A stretch of DNA of 64,000 nt from a virus: the IMG/VR virus record IMGVR_UViG_3300045988_087221; one strand, 5' to 3'. Of the stretch, positions 23,552 through 35,700 are shown one piece after another. How positions within the stretch are numbered: position 1 is the stretch's first letter; each line of letters opens with the position of its first letter. Position numbers and translations under genes: made by a program. The notes beneath the pieces were generated by a model. That model ran no database searches. It was not told the origin of the DNA and was given only the letters and a program-made list of their open reading frames with translations.

Positions 23552-24730
23552 ATGACAGCTAGGTAGATATTTGAAGCAACTTTAATAGAATTGAGTAAGA
23601 TTCAAGCTCCAGCTCTTAAACTGTACGAATTTAATTACCTTTTTAACAAGGCGATTAATTAGTATATTAATAAAGTATACAATGTATATGATATTAATTA
23701 GTAGACTACTGATGATTTAAGAGTATTAAAATCTACGGCTTATTTAAAACCTCATAAGTATGGTGTGACTAACTCTAACAAGACTAAGCCATACAATAAC
23801 TATACTGAAGGAGGCACCAATCCTACATATGATGGATAGAGTCCTTCTGCAGATACATAGTACGCACCTGCTAGTTCATATTTAAGTACAGCTCATTCTC
23901 AGATTCAGTCTTTGAATGGTGCTACTTATGAGGTATTTATGCCTATTGATTATTTACATATGCTTAATTGTGTATGTATCTATTATGTTGCAAAACAAAA
24001 AGACTGTTGGGATGCAGGTTCATATATTTAGATTCCTGCAACTCGACTTACAGCGGATTCTTGGAGTTAGATTGTAACTGATATTTACAATAGACCTTCT
24101 CCAATGCGTCCATATTATTATATACATAATCAAGCTTCTAGTATCACTATTCCAACAGATCCAGTTACCGGTAATGGAATACCTTCTGATACTAATCCTG
24201 CGGGATATACTGGAACTGACATGCCTATAGGTGGATATGCCGTGACAGGTGATGGAATGAAAGCTAATGGAACTAAAGATGAAACAGTAAAAGTGGCAGA
24301 TGCGGAAAATGCTGGTTCTAACTTTTAGAGAACATTTTAGCTTAAACAAGGTAAGACTACAAAAGATATTTCTTTAGTAGAGAAACCTACAGCAGTAAGA
24401 GTTGCAAATCCAAGTAATGTTCGTTGTGAAATCCGCTATGGTAAAGATGATTCACTTTTCTAGTTAGTAGAAGTGCAAATTGATTATGTAAAGAGTCCTC
24501 AATTTATTCGTTTGACACAAGAATAGATTGATTTAACTGAAGATACTTCTCAGATTATGGAGTTCCCAGATTATGTAAACCAGGAGATTATAAATGAGTT
24601 GGTACACTTAGTTATGGAGCATTCAAATGATCCAAGACTGGCAAATAATATTTAGATGACTAATACTATTGCCCGACCAACTGGACAGTAGTAGGCTGCA
24701 CCTCAATAGTAGGCAGCTCAACAGTAGTAA
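23552..24730 (+). CDS. Virion structural protein with a Q/A-rich C-terminal tail (392 aa)
   Basis: ATG 23552 is in the frame of track ORF 24104. The ORF ends CAG TAG TAG GCT GCA CCT CAA TAG TAG GCA GCT CAA CAG TAG TAA (24686-24730). Confidence 0.8.
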
Positions 24731-24753
24731 TTTTAATTAAATTATAACTAATT

Positions 24754-25764
24754 ATGGCAGGTTTAAATTTTTAGACACAAACTATTATTAATAGTAATCT
24801 GGATCCAGATTCAGGTAAAGGAGTAGTTCTCTTTGAAGGTAAGAAAGAGAAAGTTGATGGAGTTGAGAAAGATGTTCTCAAGATTAAGAGAGATTTTCTC
24901 TTTGTAAAAGATAATATTGATTGTATTCGTAGACGTAAAGGTTATGCAGCAGAGTTGTGTGAAGCAACAATTGACTTTACTAAGTTAACTTCTGTTGTAC
25001 CTACAGACCATGCAGTTAACTATTTGAGACTTGATATTTATTTAGGAGTAGATGGTGCTGAACCTTATATCTATTCGACTCCTTGGTATCATAAGGGCAA
25101 ACCTTTCTGGGTAGAATTTCTTGCTAAGAAGGGAGATAAAGCTAAGGATTTGGCGGATAGACTTGAGAAGACAATTAAGTCTAATCATATGTTTCAAGTA
25201 GATAAAGACCTTATCAAGGTAGCTAATGATGGTGCAGGTAAGATTACTCTTACTGGTGCTACAGAGTATTAGAGATTTAGAAAGGTAACTATCAACATCT
25301 TTGAGGAAACAGCTGATTATGATGATGAAGTAGCAACAATGAATCCTAATAAGGTACAAGCTACTGATCCTATCGCATTAGTTAAGTTTGGTAAGAATGC
25401 ATTTGGTACTTATTCTCAGATTATTAAAGATTTGAGACTTCCTACTGCTGCAAATTATCAATGGTCTGCCATTCGTCAGGTAGAAACTCCTATTGTAGGC
25501 GCTACATACAATCAGTATATCATTGAATATCATGCTCCTGCTAACAGTCATCCATTGAGTGTTGTTGGTGGACGTCTTAATTCTCATACAACTCATGTAT
25601 TCTGGGTTAAGAATGATACAGAGTTAGTAACTGCGTGGGAAACTGCTTTGAAGACAGTTGGTACTATTGTAGATTCTGATACCGGAGCCGCTGTAGAAGA
25701 AGTAGCAACAGAGGGACGCACAGAATCAGAATTAACTAAAGGAGTAAAAACTGTTAAGGGTTAA
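24754..25764 (+). CDS. Virion structural protein (336 aa), TAG-poor
   Basis: ATG 24754. Track ORFs 24955 and 25339 are in the same frame. The ORF has 2 TAG and ends at TAA 25762-25764. Confidence 0.8.
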
Positions 25765-26195
25765 TGGAACAAGTGTTGCTTGAATGGATTTTACCAATAA
25801 TAGGTAGTGGCGGTCTAGGTGCTGCCATTACCTATATTTTTACTTTTAATAGTAGAAAGAAACAAGCAGATGCTGAAGCCGAACAAAGTTTAGTAGAAGT
25901 AGAACATAAGAAAGAAGATTTAAAACAGGATTAGTATGATTTCCTGTAGAAGACTTGTGACAAGTATATCAAAGACTATCATGAATTAGAGAGTGATTTT
26001 AGAAAACAGCTACAAGGATTAAGAGGAGAAATTGATAAAGTTTCTTTTGAAAAATCTAAAGCTATTGCAGACAAATGCACAGAAATTGCAGAACTAAAAT
26101 CGAAAGTTACTTATTTAAAGGGTATACGTTGTTATAATTTTACATGTTAGCATAGAATTAAACAGAATCCTGAGGAAAATAAATCTAAATAGTAA
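25764..26195 (+). CDS. N-terminally membrane-anchored coiled-coil protein (143 aa)
   Basis: The start overlaps the previous stop (TAATG). A hydrophobic segment LLEWILPIIGSGGLGAAITYIFTF is followed by a charged helical region. The ORF ends TAG TAA (26190-26195). Confidence 0.7.
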
Positions 26196-26201
26196 GTATA
26201 A

Positions 26202-26900
26202 ATGTACATAGAGAAATTAGCTAGTTAGATACGAAATGATGTAGTATCAGGTTTAAGAGGTTATCACTAGAATTTATCTATGAATATAGACTAGCTCTAG
26301 GATGAAATAGTAGCTTGTCGATTATCAATAATAAATGAATTACATTCTAAAGGAATTGCTCCTATAGATGACTTATTAATGGCTATTAATTGTGTAGATG
26401 TTGATTGTGAATCTTTAGAGAGATGCTCTTGTGGTAAAAAGAGTGATGGCGACACCATTACAGCACATTTTCAAATACCACAACTTGTCACAACATACGG
26501 AACTTAGGCTATTAAATATTTAGGGGCTACTGATAGATAGAATAAATTTACTATTGTCACATCATTGTCTGAATTACAAACTATAAAATATAGAAGAAGG
26601 AGATTAACTAAACCTTATGTCTGGATTGACTTTGCGCCTAATGCAGATGGAATGTTAGATTGTTTTTTATTTAATGCTCCTTTTGTAAGACAAGTGTCTA
26701 TAGTTGCAGTATTTAAAGATCCAAGACAATTAAATAAATATAAGTGTTGCAATTTAGACGATTTAAATGGACCAGATGTAAATAACAGTTTTATTGATTA
26801 GTTAATTAAAGACAAATTAACCAAAGAGAAACTCTATTATTATAGACAAGCAGCTGCTCCTAAATTACCTAATGACTAGCAATATACTTCTGGTAACTAA
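26202..26900 (+). CDS. Hypothetical head/tail module protein (232 aa)
   Basis: ATG 26202 is in the frame of track ORF 26565. The ORF ends at TAA 26898-26900. Confidence 0.75.
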
Positions 26901-26911
26901 TTAAATACAAT

Positions 26912-27595
26912 ATGAATTTTAACTATGCAATAAGTCAAGCTAAAACAGAATATGATGTAACAGGCGATTTAGAAGATTTACAAGAAATTGGTTTAATTGC
27001 TTACGATAAAATAGGAAATAAAAATACTATACTTAAATAGGTACAGTTAAAAGTAGATTGCTCTAATGGGTCTATTTAGTTACCATGTGATGTTTCTATA
27101 ATAGAAGCAGTTACTTATTGTGGTGAAGATTATAATTATACTAGTAATGTAAAGTATGATGGAGATCCTTACTCTGCAAATGTAGAGAATTATATAGAAT
27201 CCAGAAAAGCATTTACCAATCCTTATTATATAAGTGGTAAGTTTGTTAAATATAAAAGAGTAGGTAATACCTTATATGTAAATAAAGGTTTAGATACAGT
27301 AAATTTATTATATCATGCCAATATTTTAGATGGAGATGGATTACCTGATATAAATGATAAAGAGGCGAGTGCTATAGCAGTTTATATAGCTTTTACTATT
27401 AAATAGAAAGAAGCATTTAAGACTCATAACCAAGTAATTATGTAGGAAGCTCAATATTTACGTAAAAGGTGGTTGGGTTTATTAGATGCTGCTAGAGTAC
27501 CTGACTATATTTCACAAAATGAAATGAATGATATACTAGATGCCAAATATTCTTGGGACAGAAAGGTATATAATAAATCATATAAACCAATGTAA
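26912..27595 (+). CDS. Hypothetical head/tail module protein (227 aa)
   Basis: ATG 26912. The ORF reads through 4 in-frame TAG to TAA 27593-27595, and a terminator follows directly. Confidence 0.75.
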
Positions 27596-27600
27596 TGAAT

Positions 27601-27632
27601 AGGGAGGCAATTTTGCTTCCCTATTTTTGTTT
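27601..27632 (+). terminator. Intrinsic terminator
   Basis: The stem pairs AGGGAGGCA (27601-27609) with TGCTTCCCT (27614-27622), including one G-U pair, around a 4-nt loop. It is followed by ATTTTTGTTT. Confidence 0.75.
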
Positions 27633-27653
27633 CTAATAACTAAATAAATATAA

Positions 27654-28100
27654 ATGGGTAACTTTGCAATGGGGCATTCTTTTACATGCCACGACATATT
27701 TATGAATTTTCCGGTTAGAAAGCTTAAAATGACTCCTGAATAGTGTAAAGAAGTCTATTCCGATGGGAGTAAAAGAGATTTAGCAGCTTCTATTTGGATG
27801 AGTAGTGTAAGATTAATTCTTGACGATATTATTGAGAATAATACTCAATTTAAATTACCTGGAATGGGTAGAACACAATCTTACATATAGATGAAAAGAA
27901 CAGAAGGAGATGATTTTAAAAAAGCTTTTAGACGAGGTAAATGGCGTGATGTTGATTTCATTACATCTAATTTCTGTGGTTATTAGTTATAGTTTGTAAT
28001 GGAAAGTAAGAAAAGAACAAGAAGAGAAAAACCCATTTATTTAGCTACTAGCGATAAAGATAGAATAACTGAATATACTAATTAGGGTAAATAGTATTGA
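27654..28100 (+). CDS. Basic protein, possibly HU/IHF-like DNA-binding (148 aa)
   Basis: ATG 27654. The ORF has 6 TAG and ends at TGA 28098-28100. The segment VRLILDDIIENNTQFKLPGMGRTQSYIQMKRTEG loosely resembles the HU/IHF arm region. Its position ahead of the two giant tail genes matches the crAss-like IHF-Ttub-Tstab order. Confidence 0.6.
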
Positions 28101-28141
28101 AATAGAAAACAATTTAGGACTATTATGAATAGATATTTGAG

Positions 28142-28705
28142 ATGTATCCAACTATAGCACAATCTGATATAAAAAGAATACTCTAGTATGGTTGGAAGGC
28201 TTTTTATCTACATAATAGTTATGGTGGTGATGTGCTTGTTAATTAGGGTAAATTATGGTTTTATTCAGGATATTTGATGAAAGATTCATTACGTTGGTTT
28301 GAGTATTATTAGCACAAAATGAGAACCAAGTTAAGAGTAATGTATAAACGTAAGAAAATCAAATGGGATGGATATTACTATTTTGCTCTAACTAGACCAC
28401 AGTATGAAGCTTATTTAGCTTAGAAACACACAGGTAGGGGAAGACCTAAAAAGAATTTTATATTTGAAAAAGTTATGTTTTTCAAAGTATATGATGAATG
28501 TAACATTATGTAGAATGGGCATGTGGCTATATTTAGATTTCCATATTCTTGGGATAGAGGTTTTTCTTTCTATCAAGCAAAATTAAAAACAGATAAAGCT
28601 GAATTAATATTACTTAGAGAACCTTTAAAGTTCAAAGACATATTATTATCAGAATATAATTATGAATTTATAATAGATGAACAACGTAAATATAAAAAGA
28701 AATAA
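28142..28705 (+). CDS. Basic protein with an AT-hook-like GRGRPKK motif (187 aa)
   Basis: ATG 28142 is in the frame of track ORF 28523. The motif is encoded at about 28433-28453. The ORF ends at TAA. Confidence 0.7.
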
Positions 28706-28708
28706 TTT

Positions 28709-31700
28709 ATGGCAGGTAACACTATAATGACTGCGAAAAATACCTTTGGAGATGGACTCGTCATGGATTTTGCACCTGATAATACCCAGGCTACTTGTCT
28801 TACCCATGCCCTTAATGCTACCTTATTAACTATGAATGGTAATGAATTATCATTATAGAATGATATGGGTAATGGTAGAGTGGAAACAGCTTATTTACCT
28901 GAGGGTTATATTCCAGTAGGTACTTGTGAATTTGGAGATATTGTATATATTGTCTCTTATAATCCAATAACTAATAAATCTCAGATAGGCTGTTTTCCAT
29001 CTCCAGAAAGAAATATTAGCAGTAAGGAATTAAGTGGTATTGAAACACAATTTAACTTAGACGAATTTACTAAATCAACTGACTTTGGTTTTAGAGAAAC
29101 TATAAGCAATTCTATTAAAAAGGTTATTTATAATAATAGTTTAAATCCAGGAGATAAATTTATTGTGCACTCAGGGGATATACATGATAATATGCCAAGA
29201 ATATCTGATTACGGAAATAAATCGCATATTGTAGGAGCTTTCCCTAAGCAATTTAAAATAAATGTAGTAGCCATTGAAGATTCAGGTAAAATTAATTATT
29301 TAAATAATGATTTAAAATGGTATGATGATTTTTATATAAATTAGGAATCTACTAATAATTCTGATAAACCAGATATAGATAGTTATAGAAATTTGTTAAG
29401 TTCAGGATATTCTATATTCCAATCTAAGGTTTCAGGTAAATTAGCTATTTTGATAGAATTAGAAAGAATATAGGCATTTAATAGCACCTATGAAGTATTA
29501 AAAAATAAGAATGTTACTAAAACTATCGAATCAACAACTGTTAATTATTAGTAGTATGATATTTACATCAATTTTAATTGGAAAACTAATAATCCTGATG
29601 TAAATCCAAAAAATATAGTTATATATGATTTCAAATGGGTTAGTAATTCAGGAGATGATAATAAAGCCGGATAGTATTATGTTACTGGAGATACAAAGGC
29701 TAACGTTGCCCCACTTCCTGAACTTCCTAAAATTGAGACTGAAACTGAGACTAAAATTCAACAATATATAAAATTAGCTATATCAGGACAAGCTAATAAT
29801 ACTGAGAAATACACTGATTTTTTAAATTCTAATTATTAGAAGCAATCTGATGAATATAAGGGACATACTAAGATTACTCAATCAGTTTAGAATGGTATTC
29901 CTGAAGAAGGTAAATACTATTTAGATTTACATCATATTGTAGATGGGGTTTACTATAATAATGAGGGAAAAACATTAGGAGTTGAGGAAGTATAGGATTG
30001 TATAGTAAATAACTATTTTAAATCCTCTATAACAAAAAAGGGATTTACAATAGATATTCCTAATACAGATAGTAAGGGAAATAAGATAGATAAAAGAGAT
30101 TTAATACTATCTTTTAAAGTAGCTCCTATGATGGAATATGGTGTGTTATCTGATTTAGTACAAACACACTATATAGATTTTAGTAAAATAGGAAGTGGTG
30201 AAATTAACCTAGAAGGCTATAGGTATTATATAGGAGAGAATTTATGTACCCTACAAATAGATAGTTCTATCTATCCTGAAGATAATAAAGGGGTAGCTGA
30301 AATAGAAGTATAGTTCTATGATAATCAGGGCTTATGCGCCAAATATTTTATTAATAATTTAGTTTCTTACTCAGGTATTATAACAGAATACATACCATTA
30401 AATGGTAATTCTTCAAATTATAAGTTATCTAAATAGGATGGTAAAAAGTTAATACCTCATGCAGGTCAAATGTTTACAGACGGAAAAATACCAGAAAATG
30501 TTGATACTACTTTATCTTATGTTTATTTAGATACAAAAGCAGATAAATTGAAACCCGTAGAAGTTACTTATGATAAGAAACGAAATATATTTTATAAGAT
30601 AGATGATCCAAATGAATAGGAAGTAACCATTAGTTCTACTTCTCCAATATTCTATAATGATGTAGGTACTTTGTATAGTAATATGTTATATGCTGTTAAG
30701 ATAATATATAAATATACAAGTAAAAATGTCTTAGGAGAGTATAATACTGAAGGAATTGAATGGGATAATTTTGAATGGAGATGGTTATGGACTAATACTA
30801 TGTTTAATTAGTATTACTATAATGTAAAAGACTTTAAAGATAATTAGTTTGAATTAACATTAGATATAGGAGCCTAGTATTATGCTAATTTTAAAACAAA
30901 GGATATTACTGGTTATGAAGGACCTCAAAATGATACTTCTGATATTTTTAAAGGATTAGGTTTAAATTTAAATTATATAAATAATGGGGAAATATAGTAT
31001 ACAGCAGACTTAGGATTACAGAATACATATAATTCATTCAGTTTAAAAAAAGGTTCAAGTACTGATAACATATCAATTAATATATACTCTGGAAATTCTT
31101 ATATATAGATTTAGGATAATATCTAGAATAATGAATATCTAAGACAATCTAATGATAATATAGCTCCTAATAATATCAATAAGAAGTATGAATATATTAT
31201 AAAAAGGTAGGGCACCGATATGTCAGGTATTGAAAATCCATGGGATTCTAAAGATGCTTATAAAAATTACAAACCATTATTTACTAGTACATTAGATGCA
31301 GAGGAGGCTTTAGATACAATAGAATATGTAGGTAATGATTTAAAATCTTATAACTCTTCTCTGGGTGTAAAAAGTACTTTAAAAAAATTATACACAAGAC
31401 AATCCTTAAAAATTAATCTAGTTAATCCAACTCTATATATAAAAACATATATTAATTAGACTACTGCTCATAAAGAAATGATTAATTTGATACAAAAAGG
31501 ATATGAAGAATATGGTTTAACTCTAGAAGGCAATTCTTTTAACTTTAATTATGTATATTCATTATGGGCTAATAGAAGTGGTAATGAGGGTAAGGATAAG
31601 CAAAGATATATAGTAAAATGGAATCAGAGTAAAACTTTAAGTGCTATTAATGAGGCAGTGGGGGATTTAGATTATTTTAAAAAGGATGACGCTAAAGAAA

Positions 31701-32782
31701 AGTGGGATGAAATAAATAAGATGGCAGATAAGGCTGAATTATGGTAGATAAGAAAAGCCTATGGTACTTCCCGACACTCAATCTGGAAAAGTAGTGGAGA
31801 TTATTTTTTGAGGGAGGGTAAATATGATGTAAATTCTTCTGCATCTTTTGATCTTCCAAATGGATTTTTTATTAATTTACTAAATTTTGGTACTAAGTAT
31901 ACTTATATATCAAAGACTAATGATACTAATAATGCTCTTAGAGATGGAATATTTTCAAATAATGAAGGCTTTACAGATAATACTATATATGCTTAGTTAG
32001 CGTTTAACTATGGAGGGGATATTCATTTATTAAATGATTATGTTAATATATCTGCTAAAGGTAATAATATTCCTTTAAGAACTGCTTTACAAGGTCTTGC
32101 TAGTGAGTGGGCTGGATGGTTAGCTAATACATATATATTAAATCAATCTAATATAGTTTCTAGTTTGCAATTAAATGAATTAATCTATCCCAACTCAGTG
32201 ACTACTTTTACTAAAGATATTGTTTATTGTACAAAGGTAGAAAGTAATAATAATTAGTTATTATTAAACAATTATGACTATAGTAAGTATCTAAGCTAGA
32301 TATAGAAACATAGTAATAATGTTTTTAATTCAAATGTTACTGTATAGCTTAATAATATAACTAAAAATATTCCTATATAGATTTAGTTAAAGTCCTTAAT
32401 ACCAACAAGACCACAGCAATCCCAAAATATTACAATAAAGCATTTTGCTAATAGAACTTTTGATAACGTTTACATATCTAATATATCAGCAAATAATTTA
32501 TATTGTATTTAGAATGATACAATGATACCTATTAACAATAATCAGGAAGTATATGCATTAACTAGCTATAGTGAATCTACTGCTAATTTCTCAAAGAATG
32601 TATGCAAGTTTTCTATACCTAAAACTTTCATGTATTAGGATGACTCTTTAATTCCTAGAAAATCTTCTCCAGCAGGTATTTAGCTATATTCTTAGAAATT
32701 TGTAGGATCAGGTTGGGGTGGAGCTATAGGAGACTTACTTATTTCAGATACAATACTAGTGAATGCTAAGCATGTTAAATAA
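28709..32782 (+). CDS. Giant tail structural protein (1357 aa), positional analogue of the crAss-like tail tubular protein
   Basis: ATG 28709. Track ORFs 28865, 30128, 31220, 31478 and 31808 share its frame, and I read the gaps as open apart from TAG. The ORF ends at TAA 32780-32782. Confidence 0.85.
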
Positions 32783-35700
32783 TGAGTAATATAATAAATT
32801 TTAATGTACAAACTAAGGTATTGCCTACTAAAGGTAACTTAGTATATGAGTACAATCCATTTAGAAATTATAGACTAACCTAGATTAAATATGAATATTA
32901 GGAGTAGTTATATACAGAATAGGAATTAGAAGATAATTTTAATATTTTTATAGATAGGACATATGAAGTAGTACCAAATGCAACAATAAAAGATGGTAAA
33001 AAAATAGAACTTAAAGATAGCCCAGCAATAAATATATCTATTACTGCATTTAAAGATGAGTCCTATAGGCAACACTTTAAAGTTGAAGGTAGAGATACTT
33101 CTAATCATCCTGTAACTGATGAATGTGGTAATTACCTGCCTAATGGAACTCCTGCAGTTGCTTGGGTAATACGATATAACAATAAATTATATTGGGAAGA
33201 TGATTTTCTTAGTAATATAAATTCGATATTCACATATACTATAGGAACCCAATGGCTTAAAAAGACTGTTGTTGAGGGTAAAGAAATTTATGAGCCCCTC
33301 ACTGAAAATTTACCTATATTACATGAAAAGGGAGAATTAGTAGATTTTGTAACAGATGAGTTAAAATTTGACTTAAAGCATCCAGTAAATATTGTACCTC
33401 AATATAGTTATGATGGTTCTGTTAACTTAATTATTAACGATGGTATAAATACCCCTAAACTAATTAATAGTAGGTTCAGTGCCACAGGTAAAAATACTTA
33501 TGAGATAATAGACAGAAAAGGTAATAATGACACCAATATTTATGATTAGGGAGACTAGTTTGAGATAGACACTTCATTATATAAAAGAGTAATTAGTATT
33601 CCTAAATTATCCTATGAGGGCACGTCTTCGGGTGGTAATCTTAAAGTTGGTAACTATCACTTTTATATTAAATTATCAGATGCTGATGGTAATGAAACAG
33701 ACTTTGTTGCAGAATCAGGATTAGTTAGTGTATTTATAGGATTTGGTAATCCAGATAGTTTAACTACAGGTGTTAAAAACTAGAATAGTTTTAAAACAGT
33801 AAATCTATATCTATCTAACATAGACCCAGCTTATGATTATTTATATGTTTATTATTCTAGATATACTGCAGAATAGGATGAAAATATTAACACTGAATAC
33901 ATAAAGATAGATAAGAAATTTGTAGTATCTAATTAGGGTACTTGTAATATAAGTATTAATGGATATGAACCAACTATACCTATAACTGCTAGAGATATTA
34001 ATGACTCTTTTGAGATAGTGGATGCTGCTAAAGCTCAAGTTTCTTGTCAGAATATGCTGTTTTTAGGTAATGTACATAAACCTGAAATACCCTATAAAGA
34101 ATTATCTGATTTGTCTTTACATTTTTTGCCTTATTTAAAAAATAAAGACTATGAATGTAAATTTGATCAGAACTATAATATAAATACTTCATCTTTAGGT
34201 TATTGGGATTCTTAGTACATATATAACTACGTAGGTTATTGGAATAATGAGTTTTATAGACTTGGAATAGTTTATATACTGCCTAATGGTGAATTAACTC
34301 CTGTGTTCAATATTAGAGGATGTAGCAATATAGTTGAATATGATTCGAATCTTAATTTATATTCAGATATACCATTATATCTTAATAACGAACGTAATTA
34401 TGTTAATTATAACGAAACAGATTACTAGCTAATAACTACTAATACTAGAAACAAAGAATTAAAATCTACAGCTCTTAATGAGAACGTTAAAGGAGTAATT
34501 AGATTTCAATCTGATAAAGATGCTGATACTATACATAGTTTAGATATTAGGATTAATAATGAAGCTATGTAGGAACTAAAGAAATATGTTAAGGGGTTTT
34601 TCTTTGTTCGTCAAGCTAGAATCCCAACTATATTAGCTCAAGGTATTACACTAGGACTAGATTAGAACTCCTATACTCCAACTATACCAACAGCAGGGGG
34701 TTTATTAGAACAGTTATCTAATTCTTTAGATAAAACTTATGTAACTACAGAAGATATTAATGACGTAAATTATATCTCTGAAGGATTTCTATCTAGATAT
34801 TAGTTCAAGTTTAAAAAGAAATCTTCTAGTTTATGGAGTAAAATAGGTAAAATAGCTGCTATTACTGCAGGAGTTGTAGCCTTAGGTGCTGCTACAGTAT
34901 TTACTGCAGGGGCTGCTGGAGCGTTAGTTGCGGGGTCAACATTAGCTGGAGCAGTTACCGCAGGTAGCACTACCTTAGGGGGAATCTTAGTTGCTGGAGG
35001 AGCTGTAACCACAGGACTAGGATTAGCTACTGGAGTGGCAGGAGCTTCTGCAATTATAGCTGTAGGAGCTGGAACTGCAGCGGGATTGATAACAGCTGCA
35101 ATTGCTACAGGTCAAGAAATTAAATATGGTATTTAGACTTGGTAGCATAAAAAACTAGATGGAAGAAATACTAAATGCCCTAAGGGATATAAAATAGCTG
35201 AATTAGATGAGTCTAGAAAAGTAGGAGGTGACTTTGAGAATAGAATTATAATTAAGGATAATTCTAAGAATAAAACATAGGTTATTTTATGTCCAGACTT
35301 TGAAGTAAACCAAGCTTATTTTAATTAGTTGTTTACAGGTAACGAACATTTAATAGAATCTACAAAAGCTTAGGGAAATAACTTATTATTGGGACACAGT
35401 TCTAATTATTTCTCAGAAGATGTCATTAATAACTATAGACATTATTATATGCCTGATTACTATGATACTAATTCTAGTATATCAGGAACTTACAAATTAA
35501 TTAGTGTCCCTGAAGACGTTAAGTGTGTAGGATTAGATAATTTAAAGTTTAGAAGTAGAGCTGGTTATGCAGAGGAAGCTTGGAGATATGAATCTGTAGG
35601 TGATGAATATAAAACACAAAATGATAGAAATAATAAATCAGAAACAGATGAAGAAACAATAAGTAATAAGTAGACTAATTCTGATATAGTTAGGGGTATA

